A stretch of 64,000 nucleotides of DNA, taken from the NCBI RefSeq assembly GCF_963921235.1, contig NC_086097.1:103790001-103854000 (forward strand). Direction: 5' to 3'. Below the pieces are notes generated by a model, which worked only from the letters and a program-made list of their open reading frames with translations, was not told where the DNA came from and did no database searches. Position 1 is the stretch's first letter; every line of letters begins with the position of its first letter. Origin of the DNA: Mobula hypostoma. Taxonomy: Eukaryota. This document shows positions 12,751 through 24,194 of the stretch, in pieces. The position numbers were made by a program, and so were the translations under genes.

Positions 12751-15555
12751 TCACGTTGAAAGTTGACTTCGCCTCAGAAGGTACGGCAATGTGTTTATCA
12801 GCAATCAAGCAGCAACTCAGGCATCACCACCAAATCCAAACACAGAGGGTAGGTACTTAGGTCTGCACCAGTCAAATCAACTCAAGTGGAACACTCCAGC
12901 TGATTGGCAAACTGCACTGCATGAAGAAGCTGAACAGCAACCAAGTCAATGGTGTGTGGGTTACTTAACAGACAAGCCACATCTAAATGTCCCTGACATT
13001 GACTGGATGGACAAACCTTTTCTCTGAAGCATCCCTCTGGATGAGGTCTGTACAAAGACAATAGCTATTCAAATCATGTCAGTCAATGCCATACTACCAT
13101 CAGTACGGGAAACCATACAACAACTGCAATAGCACTACGTAGCAGTGTTTCAAGGTGGTTTCGGATACTGTACCAAACTGCAAGCAGTACTCCATCTCCG
13201 TCCAGATACAAATTCAGTCTTCTGTCCCAAAAGACGCAGCCTTACCAATCATGGAGCAGGAGCTGGATCACCAGAAAGCTGCTGTTGTGAGCGAAGTTGT
13301 CAACTACTCATGTTGAACAGTTCCAATAGTCATTGTCAAGAAAGCCATCAGTAAAGTAAGGTTGTGTGCAGACTTCTCAACTAGTCTCAGTGTGCCTCTG
13401 GAGACTCACCAGTACCTATTCACACCAGTACTGGCAGATCTCTGCAAAATTGAATGGTGCTTATTATTTTGCAAAGTTGGACTTGGTCGAAGCCCATCTC
13501 CAAGTAGAAGTGACAAAAAATTCACAGGAGCTTCTCACCATTACAATGCATAAGGTTTTGCTTTCCTTCCTCCATCTGCCTTTCAAATTTCCAACAGCTT
13601 AAGGACACTATGCTGAGTGGTATCGACGGCGTTGCCACTTACCCCGACAACCTCATTGTGATGGGAATGGATCAGATCGAACTATGCCAATTCTGGGAAC
13701 GCACAACTTCGGGCAGAAAAATATAGCCTCCCGATGTCTTCAATTAAGTATCTGGGGTTCATTAAGCACAGTCATTGCCCAGATCCCAAAAACTTCACTA
13801 TTATTTTAAAGATGCCTCCACCATCAGATGTCAGCACTTTATGATCATTTTTGAGTATGATAAGTCGTCATTATTCATCCTTTCTCCCAGCAATGCACCA
13901 AAGGAGCCACTCAACAAGGCTGCTACATGGAAACAGTGCCAAGAATTTTTTTGATCAGGTGAAGAACATGCTGTCATTCGACCTTCTCTAAACACATTTC
14001 AACAGAGTTGCCAATTGTCATCCCAACAGATGTATCCAACTGCAGGGTGGGAACTGTCATAGTATCCCATCTTTCCTAAAAGTTCAAAAAAAAGCTGTTT
14101 TGTGTGCAGTAAGATCACTGACCACAGCATAAAGGATCTATGGACAAATTGAGAAGGAAGCCTTGGGAATCATCTTTGCTGTGAAGAATTTCCACAAGAT
14201 GCTTTATGGCAGACACTTCACTCTCCTTGCTGATTATATGCCACTGTTACCCATCTTTGCATCAAAGGGAGACATCCTGGTGTATACAGCTAACCGTCTA
14301 CAAAGGTGGGTAATAGTGTTACTAACTTACAATTTTGAAATCAAGTACATATCAGCTCATGAATATGGTAAGGAAGATGCCCTCTCCAAACTTATGAATT
14401 AGCTAGTTACTGAAAATAAAGGTTCAGTCATGGATGCAATTTTAGTTGATTCTTAAGTCCACCAAGTTGTATGGGATGTTGCTGAAGGTCTTCCAGTCAC
14501 GATTGACAAGATCAGAACAGAAACGGCTGTGGGTCCTCTTCTTTAGTGCATCTCCAGATACCCCATTGATGGATGGCCAGTCAAAGTTGAGGAAGCTGTC
14601 ATACCTTTCACCAACATCATACATCATTCAACTGTGGACTCCTGCCTAAAGTTTGGAGATAATATTAATTCCATGAACACTTCAACTAAAAGTACTGAAT
14701 CAATTCCACTGTGGCTACCCAGGCGTCAATCAAATGAAAGCCCTAGCAGGCTTTGTGTATTGGCTGGGCATAGACAAAGATATCATATCCATATGCAAGT
14801 AGTGTACTCAGTGCTCTATGGCAGCAAAGAATCCAAGTGAAGCTGATCCACAACCATAGCCTCAGGCTACCAGACCTTGGAGTCGAATCCATATTGAATT
14901 TGCTGACTCAATCAATGGGTGTACCAACCTTGTCCTGGTTGATGCCTATTCCAAATGGCCAGAAGTAATATCTATGAAGTCAACAATGACAAAAGCTACC
15001 ACTGAACAGCTGCTGCAGATCTTTAGCCACTTTGGGATGCCAGAAATGCTTATTTCTGACAACGACACTTAATTCAGTTTGGTTTGCTGCGTTTGGCCAC
15101 AAAGCAGAATTACCCACATCCGCTCACCCCCATAGCATCCACAGTCCAACGGCCAAGCAGAGAGATTTGTGAAAACCTTCAAATGGTTGCTTCTGAAATC
15201 AAGAGGGGAAGGAGCATCTGCTGAGGACCTCAACACATTCCTGCTGAAGTGTCGAATTACACAGCACCCAGCCCTCCAGGGGAAGTCACCAGCTGAAGCA
15301 CTTCTAGGAAGAAAACTGCACACACTGTAGGATGCAATGCTGCTACAGTGTCCAATATCACAGATAGTCAGGCGCACAAAGGCAGCTACACAGAACTTGG
15401 TTGATGGGTGAAGTAATTCAAGACCAGAACTGCAGTGTGTCAGACAGTATCACAATGGGCAAAATGCCTGGGTACCAGGTCAGATTGTTAAATGAATGGG
15501 GAAAGTCCTCTCCAAAGTTATTGCAGACAGACATCACATTAACCAGTTACGACAA

Positions 15556-15647
15556 TGAATCAGAATCAGAATCAGGTTTATTATCACCGGCATGTGACAT
15601 GAAATTTGTTAACTTAGCAGCAGCAGTTCAATGCAATACATAATCTA

Positions 15648-15690
<43 letters not shown>

Positions 15691-15810
15691 AATAAAACAT
15701 AATAAACAAACATGTAAGTCAATTATGTATATTGAATAGATTATTTTTTTAAATATACAAAAACAGAAATACTATATATTAAAAAAAGTGAGGTTGTGTC
15801 CAAAGCTTTC
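15556..15810 (-). mobile_element. Rex1/Babar-type LINE 3' end containing a (GA)n microsatellite (15650-15683)
   Basis: aatcagaatcagaatcaggtttattatcaccggcatgtg is the reverse complement of the tail of the Rex1 copy ending at ~26510. Confidence 0.7.
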
Positions 15811-16060
15811 CAATGTGCTCCCAAAAGGCACAAATCCATCCAGCAGATCATCAAATAGAGCTGGAATAACTTCTCCTCTTGGAAGGGTTCGATCCACCTC
15901 AACTTAATCAACCACCAGCACAGCCACAAGCAACACTGCGACAAGAAAGTGACGGCCTGAAACCACGAAGCAGAACTGATCACTAGCATAAGTCGGTTGT
16001 TACAATCCCAAATCAACCCTCGGCTCAAATCCTCTCAGGTAATCATCTTCAAGGAGGTGG

Positions 16061-16245
16061 TGTTACAGCGAGCCAAAACAACCAAGGCCTTTTGGTCAGC
16101 TGACAACCAATCCCATGCTGACTTCCACTGGGTTTTGAGTTTGAGATTTGTAGTTGCATGGTTTTACGAAATAAAGCAGTATTTCGAGTTCCGCCTTTGT
16201 CCTATCAGTAGTTATAGGTCAGCAAGCACGACACAGCCCACAACA
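16061..16245 (+). repeat. Probable 3' LTR of the gypsy element
   Basis: Purine tract aaggaggtgg (16051-16060) is followed directly by TGTT. The segment contains AATAAA and ends in AACA (TGTT...AACA termini). Confidence 0.6.
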
Positions 16246-16274
16246 CGTCGCTTTGGTTCAGTAGTGCCACCTTG

Positions 16275-16820
16275 GAAGTTCCTTTGGGATTCTTAATAGT
16301 GTGGAGGAACAAAGTCCGTAGATCCCTTAAAGTCGCTATGCAAATTGATAGGAAGGTTAAGAAAGCATATGGTGTGTTGGCCATTACTGGTGGGAGGAGG
16401 GGAGTGTGGATTTGAGTTTAAGAGCTGCGAGATAACACTGCAGCTCCATAAAACCCTGGTTAGACCACACTTGGAATATTGTGCTCAGTTCTGGTCACCT
16501 TATTATAGGAAGCATGTGGGAGCTTCAGAGAGGGTGAATAGGAGATTTATCAGGATGTTGTTGGATTAATGAGCATGTCTTATGATATAAACTGAGCGAG
16601 CTTATCTCTCTGGAGCAAAGGAGGATAAGAGGTGACTTGTACATGATGACGAGAGGCATGGATCAAGTGGATAGCCAGACTTTTGCCAAGGCAGAAATGG
16701 CTAGTACAAGGGGACATTATCTTAAGGTGATTGGAGTAAAGAATGAGGGGGTTGGATGGCTCCGAGAGATATCTTAGTCACATGGACGAGTTGGCTAAAG
16801 GGCCCATTTCATGTTGTATA
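16275..16820 (+). mobile_element. Degenerate CR1 3' fragment
   Basis: LHKTLVRPHLEYCAQFWSPYYRK. Confidence 0.8.
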
Positions 16821-17268
16821 ACTTGTTCATGCTTCCCAAAATGGCTCTGACTATTCAATTCTTATCAAAGGACATGGACCTTATTGAATGGTAGTGCAAA
16901 ATCAAAAGGGCTGACTAGACAATTCTAGTGTTAAAATTAGCTGATCCCAGCAGCCAATATTGAACTGTGTTGATACAACTGAATTATCCTTGCTCAAAGG
17001 AGTCACTATAAGAATTAATTTCTTCCAGGGTTCCTGCTAAAACATAAACAAATTAAAAACCAAAATTGCAAAGCCAGCAACTCCAAAAAGTCTTCCATAT
17101 TCACTATTTAGGATCACACCTAAAATACTCATGACCCATCCAAAAAGTAAGCAAAACTGAAAAGGATGTTGAAGAATAGGGTGAAAGAATCAAAGGACTG
17201 TAACAGCAACATAAAATCCAACACATTTGAGCCCTATTATTTACACAAAAACTCCTGCTTCTTTGCCT

Positions 17269-17895
17269 CACACATCAAAGTTGCTGGTGAACGCAGCAGG
17301 CCAGACAGCATCTGTAGGAAGAGGTGCAGTCGACGTTTCAGGCCGAGACCCTTCGTCAGGACTAACTCTACTGTAAAGATGAAGCCACACTCAGGTTGGA
17401 GGAACAGCACCTTATATTCCGTCTGGGTAGCCTCCAACCTGATGGCATGAACATCGACTTCTCTAACTTCCGCTAAGGCCCCACCTCCCCCTCGTACCCC
17501 ATCTGTTACTTATTTTTATGCACACATTCTTTCTCTCACTCTCCTTTTTCTCCCTCTGTCCCTCTGAATATACCTCTTGCCCATCCTCTGGGTCCCCTCC
17601 CTTGTCTTTCTTCCCGGACCTCCTGTCCCATGATCCTCTCGTATCCCCTTTTGCCTATCACCTGTCCAGCTCTTGGCTCTATCCCTCCCCCTCCTGTCTT
17701 CTCCTATCATTTTGGATCTCCCCCTCCCCCTCCAACTTTCAAATCCCTTACTCACTCTTCCTTCAGTTAGTCCTGACAAAGGGTCTCGGCCTGAAACGTC
17801 GACTCTTCCTACAGATGCTGCTTGGCCTGCTGCGTTCACCAGCAACTTTGATGTGTGTTGCTTAAATTTCCAGCATCTGCAGAATTCCTGTTGTT
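17269..17895 (+). mobile_element. 5'-truncated Penelope-like retroelement with an inverted 5' pseudo-LTR (pLTR) segment and a 13-bp TSD
   Basis: ~17371-17476 encodes CKDEATLRLEEQHLIFRLGSLQPDGMNIDFSNFR* (C-terminus of the GIY-YIG endonuclease region). 17269-17367 is an inverted copy of ~17765-17858. TSD tgcttctttgcct at 17256-17268 and 17896-17908. Confidence 0.88.
17328..17363 (-). ncRNA. Minimal type I hammerhead ribozyme motif in a Penelope terminus
   Basis: Minus strand reads AGTC-CTGACGA-AGGgtctcggCCT-GAAAC-GTC-GACT: stem I AGTC/GACT, core CUGANGA, short stem II, then GAAAC-GUC with a palindromic minimal stem III. Confidence 0.75.
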
Positions 17896-18444
17896 TGCTT
17901 CTTTGCCTATTGTTTTGGAGTGAGTGATTCAGAAGGATAAAAGGGAAGTTTGAAATTGCTACCTAAATACATAAGGGACAGCAAACTAAAAATACTATAA
18001 TCCCTAATGATTCATTATAATTGCAGATACATAAATACAAATACCTCCATATAGTTAAGATAAATACTAATGAGACTAATTGAACTCACACACAATAAAT
18101 CTGGAGCAAAATCAAGAAAATGCAGCTGAACTATTTTGAGACATAATGCAGACAGGAAGTTGGGTCTCCATTTTTGTACAACTAAGATAAAAAGGAAAGA
18201 AATCCTAATTCAAAAATAGTTAACAATTTGAAATTCACTTGAGATTCTGTATTACATCCAGAGCAGACATATTTAACTTTATCACAAATGTGTGAATTAG
18301 GGTGATGGGAAATGTACAGCAGACTGATAAATCTCAATTATTCCCTGAAGACTATGGAGTCATTCAGTTTGAAGTCAATGATGAGCAATGGTGTAGAAAT
18401 AGGGATGCAGGAAATCAACTGGAACACAGATCCACAATGGAAAA

Positions 18445-19650
18445 TAGAACAGTACAGAAATAGGCTCTTCATTTCAATGTCTTGCCAAACTATGTAAACT
18501 AGTCATGAAATGCTTAACTAAACTAATCCCTTTTCCCTGCACCATGTCCATATCCTCTATTAACTGCATGTTCATGCTTACCTTCGAAACTCTTAAACAC
18601 TTACATCATATTTGCTTCCAGTAGCACCCCTGGCCGTGCACCCCAGGCACCCACCACTATGCAAAAACTGATTGCTCATAAGTACATCTCCTTTGAACTT
18701 GCCCTTCCTCAACTTAAATGCATGACCTCCAGAATTCTTTCTTCCTGGGAGAAATATCATCATCAGGTGCCATGCCCAGTTTGAGCTTTAACTGCCATGG
18801 CCCACACACACCTGTTTCGGGTCAAGTGGATCAATTCATTGGTATTCATTTCCAGTTCACTGGCTGCTGTCTCCATCATCATTTGTCTTCGTCTTCCTCT
18901 TGCTTTCTTCCCTTCAATCTTTCCCATAATTACTGTGCATTCTAACTCCTCTTTCCTAATCACATGTCCAATGAAGTTACATTGCCTTTTCACGATCTCA
19001 TACATTATTTCTCCTTTTGTGTTTGCTCTGTTCATAACATCCTCGTTAGATATTCGTTTCATCCATGATATTCTTTGCATCCTCCTCAAAAACCACATCT
19101 CTGCTGCTTCAATTCATTCCCTCACGTTACTAGATATTGTCAAACATTCTGAGCTATATAACATAACTGGATAAACGTAACATTTCAGTACTCTGAGGCC
19201 GGTTGTCATGCCTAGTTTAGTATTGGTCAATATACTCTTCATTCTCGTAAAGGTTTCTTTTGCCATCCCTATTCTTCTTTTGATGTCCAAGTCACACCTG
19301 CCATCTGATGTCACCCAGCTTCCTAAGTAGCAAAAATTCTGTACTTGTTTTATGTCTTCTCCATTTATTCTCAGCCTGCAGATAGGATTCTCCTTCTTTT
19401 TGGATACCACCACACATTCTGTCTTTTTGCAAATATACTGATTGTCTAATCTACCCACGCCCCTTATAATCTATCAGGTCTTCCCTCAGCTTCCACCATG
19501 CCAGAGAAAACAACCCAAGTATGTTCAAACACTCCTCATAACACATATCCTCAAATCTAGGCAGCACCCTGGTACACCCCTGCACTCTCTTCAAAGTTTC
19601 CACAATGGGGAGTCTACTGCAATGAGGTGACCAGAACTGAATGCAGTACT
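18445..19650 (-). mobile_element. Degenerate CR1 3' fragment interrupted by an RTE element
   Basis: Similar to the other CR1 3' ends on both sides of 18758-19430. Confidence 0.6.
18758..19430 (-). mobile_element. 5'-truncated RTE-clade LINE
   Basis: QVQNFCYLGSWVTSDGRCDLDIKRRIGMAK; MWFLRRMQRISW..GHVIRK..GKIEGKKARGR. (TGA)n tail. Candidate TSD aaatat at 18752-18757 and 19431-19436. Confidence 0.88.
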
Positions 19651-20184
19651 TCAGACAGAGTCATAGCGTACTACAGCACATAAACAGGTCCTTTGGCCCA
19701 TCTAATCCTTGCCAGACTAATAGTCTGCCTAGTCCCTGTGGAGAGCATTCTGATAGGCTGCATCACTGTCTGGTATGGGGAACTACTGCACAGGACCGAA
19801 AGAAGCTACAGAAAACCTGTTTGCATTCACCTTATCTATGCTCCTTATAATTTTGCATACCTCTATAAAGTCTAGCCTCATTCTCCTCTGCTCCAGGGAA
19901 TAAATCTTATTCTGACTGTGTTCATCACACATCTACTTAACAGTAAAATTTATAAGATACTATTAATATTAGCCACAGGGTGGTGAATTTGTGCAGGCCA
20001 GGTTGTTGGGTGTATTTAAGGCAGAGATTGATAGGTTTTTGATTTGAAATGGCATCAAAGGTTATGGGGAGAAGGCTGGGGATTGGGGCTGAGGAGGGAG
20101 CAAAAAGGATCAGCCATGATTGAATGGCGGAGCAGACGAGATGGGCCAAATTGCCTAATTCTGCTCCTATGTCTTATAACTTTC

Positions 20185-20873
20185 GCAGGGTAACAAAAGC
20201 AGTACAGCAGCATCGGGAGAATACCCAAATCAGTTGCTGAACAACAACAAACAACAGCAGGCTTTCAGTCTCAACCAACAATGCTGTGTTTTGATTAAAA
20301 GGTTACAGTACACTAATTGTATGTTCTTTTTCTTTCAGGTTTTATGTAAGGTATAAAAACAACCAGCATTGTAGACTGGTTCTGGTGTTAGATTTTCAAC
20401 AGCAATGATCTTCGCAAACTTATCAATGCTTCGAGATCAGATGTTTTATGTTTAAATTCTTTTTAATCTTTAAAAATTTAAATGCCATGAAATTAATTTA
20501 AGTCCATTCAATTTCATTTTGCAACCAGCCTCCTGAATATTCACAATCACCTTCAATTTTCAGATGATCATGATAAATCTTTTGCTTGTTTCTTAATCAG
20601 CATACCTTCAAGCGGCACATGTTCACTCTGACACTGACGGATGCATTCTTGCAACACGCAATTGAGTTCTTTATTTTTCAATTAATGCAGCGTTTTTCTA
20701 TTTTTCACCACCAACAGAACTGCGCTGGTCTTTATGCACCACCAGCATCGCCTGGGAACCTTCCTAGTGCCTTGTAGAATATTCCATTTGTGGCGTCATA
20801 TCGGTGCTTGAAATAAATTCAGATTTCGGAGACTTCTGAATTTTGGAATTTTGGATAATGTGAACTCTACCTG
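20185..20873 (-). mobile_element. pogo/Tigger DNA transposon remnant, Tigger4(Zombi)/Jerky-like
   Basis: Minus-strand terminus TA|CAGGTAGAGTTCACATTATCCAAAATTCCAAAATTC...GATATGACGCCACAAATGGAATATTC. Transposase remnants ECIRQCQSEHVPLEGMLIKKQAK, IYHDHLKIEGDCEYSGGWLQ and KFAKIIAVENLTPEPVYNA. The left end is not defined. Confidence 0.75.
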
Positions 20874-21199
20874 TAGTATATTTTGAAGATACAATGATGG
20901 TATTTCAAAACAGAATAAATTTGAAAAATTCTGATAGTCCATTATTAAACTTTTCAGAAACCCTATCGGTTTGCAACTGGGTCACCAAATAAGTTTTGCC
21001 ATGCTGCCCTGAACACACCGGAGCCACAGATCCCATTCTCCCTTCCCACAAAACAGGGGCATAGATCCCAAACACCATGGCTCTAAATCACACACACTGT
21101 GGCACCAGATCCTGCACTCTCTTTCACACACCATAACCCCAGCGCCCAGGCATCCGTCCCATTCACTGATGTCCCATTTTCCACACACTCCTTCAATTT

Positions 21200-22266
21200 A
21201 ACTGGCTCAGTTCTGGTTGCCTCACTACAGGAAGGATGTGGAATCCATAGAAAGGGTGCAGAGGAGATTTACAAGGATGTTGCCAAGATTGGGGAGCATG
21301 TCTTATGAGAATAGGTTGAGTGAACTCGTCCTTTTCTCCTTGGAGCAACAGAGGATGAGAGGTGACCTGATAGAGGTGTTCAAGATAAGATAGATAGATA
21401 GACATACTTCATTGATCCCGAGGGAAACTGGGTTTTGTTACAGTTGCACCAACCAAGAATAGAGTATAAATATAGCAATATAAAACCATAAGTAATTAAA
21501 TAATATGTAAATGATCCCAAATTGAAATAAGTCCAGGACCAGCCTATTGGCTCAGGTTGTCTGACCCTCCAAGGGAGGAGTTGTAAAGTTTGATGGCCAC
21601 AGGCAGGAATGACTTCCTATGACGCTCAGTGTTGCATCTCGGTGGAATGAGTCTCTGGCTGAATGTACTCCTGTGCCCAACCAGTACATTATGTAGTGGA
21701 TGGGAGACATTGTCCAAGATGGCATGCAACTTGGACAGCATCCTCTTTTCAGACACCACTGTCAGAGAGTCCAGTTACATCCCCACAACATCACTGGCCT
21801 TACGAATGAGTTTGTTGATTCTGTTGGTGTCTGCTACCCTCAGCCTGCTGTCCCAGCACACAACTACAAACATGATAGCACTGGCCACCAGACTCGTAGA
21901 ACATCCTCAGCATCCTCCGACATGAGAGGCATTGATCATGTGGATAGTCAGAGGCTTTTCCCCAGGGCTGAAATGGCCAGCACAAGAGGGCATAGTTTTA
22001 AGGTGTTTGGAAGAAGGTACAGAGGAGATGTCAGGGGTAAGTTTTTTTTTAAAACGCAGAGTGGTGAGCGCGTGGAATGCGCTGCCGGTGATGGTGGTGG
22101 AGGCAGAAACGATAGGGTCTCTTAAGCAACTCCTAGATGGCTACGTGGAGCTTAGAAAAATAGAGGGCTATGGGTAAAACCTAGGTAGTTCCAAGTTAGG
22201 GACGTGTTCAGCACAGCTTTGTGGGCCGAAGGGTCTGTATTGCGCTGTAGGTTTTCTGTGTTTCTA
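21200..22266 (+). mobile_element. CR1 3' fragment interrupted by a Rex1-type fragment
   Basis: The CR1 breaks at gaggtgttcaagata (~21387) and resumes at catgagaggcattgatc (~21921). Tail ttttctgtgtttctat. Confidence 0.85.
21388..21920 (-). mobile_element. Rex1/Babar LINE 3' fragment
   Basis: RMLRMFYES; RMLSKLHAILDNVSHPLH..STFSQRLIPPRCNTERHRKSFLPVAIKLYN. (GATA)n on + at the tail. Confidence 0.82.
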
Positions 22267-22646
22267 TCCTCAACAGATGAACTAAAAGATCGTATTAGTA
22301 ACAGAGACAACAGCCAATAGTGCAGATTATCTGCCATTCTAGTATCTAAGTCCTGAGCATTGAGCATGCTGATTATAGGGTTTTACTGAAGTAGAGAATA
22401 ATAGGTCAAGTGATCAACCACATCAGCATCCCTCATATAATATTGCATTTCTTGACAAGAAGCATAATAAAAAGTAAAAATACATTTGTCAACAGAAAAC
22501 ATTAATTAAGCTACTTTTAGAATACCATGAGAAATATATTGAAGCTTAATTAAAAAAATACATTAGGATGTTACTTGGTGTGTTAAATGTGGAAAATCTA
22601 AATTGTAGATGTTTGCTTCAGAATACAAATGCAGAACAATGACAGT

Positions 22647-23954
22647 TGTCACGTACCCCATGGCAGGTTAAAGAACCAGCAGAGATGGAAAATACTTTGG
22701 AGTCCGGTATTGCTATTAACTAATAATATTTATTAGTAACTATGCAATACAGTAATATAACTGCAGATAAATCAAACAGGTTAGCAATGATTATATATAA
22801 GTAAGTGTGGAATATACAAACCCCATTTCCAGAAAAGCTGGGATATTTTCCAAAATGCAATAAAAACAAAAATCTGTGATATGTTAATTCACGTGAACCT
22901 TTATTTAACTGACAAAAGTACAAAGAAAAGATTTGCAATAGTTTTACTGACCAACTTAATTGTATTTTGTAAATACACACAAATTTAGAATTTGATGGCT
23001 GTAACACACTCAAAAAAAGTTGGGACAGAGTTAAAATAAGATTGAAAAGTGCACAGAATATTCAAGCAACACCGGTTTGGAAGACTCCACATTAAGCAGG
23101 CTAATTGGTAGCAGGTGAGGTATCACGACCGGGTATAAAAGTAGCGTCCATCAAAGGCTCAGTCTTTGCAAGCAAGGATGAGTCGTGGCTCACCCCTTTG
23201 TGCCAAAATTCAAGAGAGAATTGTCAGTCAGTTCAAAAGGAATATTTCTCAACGCAAGATTGCAGAGAATTTAGGTCTTTCAACATCTACAGTACATAAT
23301 ATTGTGAAAAGATTCAGAGAATTCAGAGACATCTCAGTGCGTAAAGGGCAAGGTCGGAAACCACCGTTAAATGTGCGTGATCTTCGAGCCCTCAGGCAGC
23401 ACTGCCTAAGAAACTGTCATGCTACTGTGACAATTATAGCCACCTGGGCTCGGGAGTACTTCAGAAAACCATTGTCACTCAACACAGTCCGTCGCTGCAT
23501 CCAGAAATGCAACTTGAAACTGCATTACGCAAGCAGGAAGCCATACATCAACTCTATGCAGAAACGTCGCGAGTTCTCTGGGCCCAAGCTCATCTCAGAT
23601 GGACCGAAAGACTGTGGAACCGTGTGCTGTGGTCAGATGAGTCCACATTTCAGCTAGTTTTCGGAAAAAAGGGAGAGAGAGGGGGGGAAGAGGGCTCGAA
23701 GATCACGCACATTCAACAGTGGTTTCCAACCTTGCCCTTTACGCACTGAGATGTCTGAATTCTCTGCATCTTTTCACAATATTATGTACTGTAGATGTTG
23801 AAAGACCTAAATTCTCTGCAATCTTGCGTTGAGAAATGTTCCTTTTGAACTGACTAACAATTCTCTCACAAATTTTGGCACAAAGGGGTGAGCCACGACT
23901 CTCTCTCTTTTTTTAGAAGCACAGTTCATGGGGGTAATTCAGGACCCCGTCACA
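22647..23954 (-). mobile_element. Solo-LTR-like element containing a rearranged Tc1
   Basis: On +, the termini are tgtcac...gtcaca (TG..CA) with a 4-bp TSD cagt (22643-22646 and 23955-23958). AATAAA lies near the minus-strand 3' end. Confidence 0.6.
22817..23902 (+). mobile_element. Truncated Tc1 transposon (left end plus N-terminal transposase) followed by an inverted duplicate of its HTH region
   Basis: TA|caaaccccatttccagaaaagctggg terminus. MSRGSPLCAKIQERIVSQFKRNISQRKIAENLGLSTSTVHNIVKRFRE; WNRVLWSDESTF (first catalytic D). ~23691-23901 is the reverse complement of ~23180-23392. Confidence 0.88.
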
Positions 23955-24194
23955 CAGTATTTAAAATCATTTAGAAATAACACTGGGTACATAGAAATGA
24001 ACTGTCGCCTGGAAATTAATTAACTGATTCAAGACATGAAAAAAATAGCACTCAACATTGCAACGTCCTTAAGAAAAAGTTGTTAAGCTGACCAAATTGT
24101 TGATTAGTTGATCCAGCAGAATCCAGAATCCAAGTGAACAGAGAATTGATTGGATCAGGGAATTGTGTTCTGGGTTCAAGATTATAGAATTTAG

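Larger units (their letters stand above)
1..16245 (+). mobile_element. Degenerate Ty3/gypsy LTR retrotransposon (K02A2.6/Mag-like), split by nested insertions; pieces at ~1-364, 11456-11593, 11996-12415, 12751-15555, 15811-16245
   Basis: Gag-like FESWFKRYEDI..LLRKLG..FILLKNPHDLSFDETV (106-360) continues as LTSIFGEK..YQCPKL (11456+) and LIFICG..DADIH..LEQD (~12000). RT: LCADFSTSL, AKLNGAYYFAKLDL. RNase [24 protein letters not shown]. Integrase: LVDAYSKWPEV, HPQSNGQAERFV. Domain order is RT-RH-IN. Many stops and frameshifts. Confidence 0.85.
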
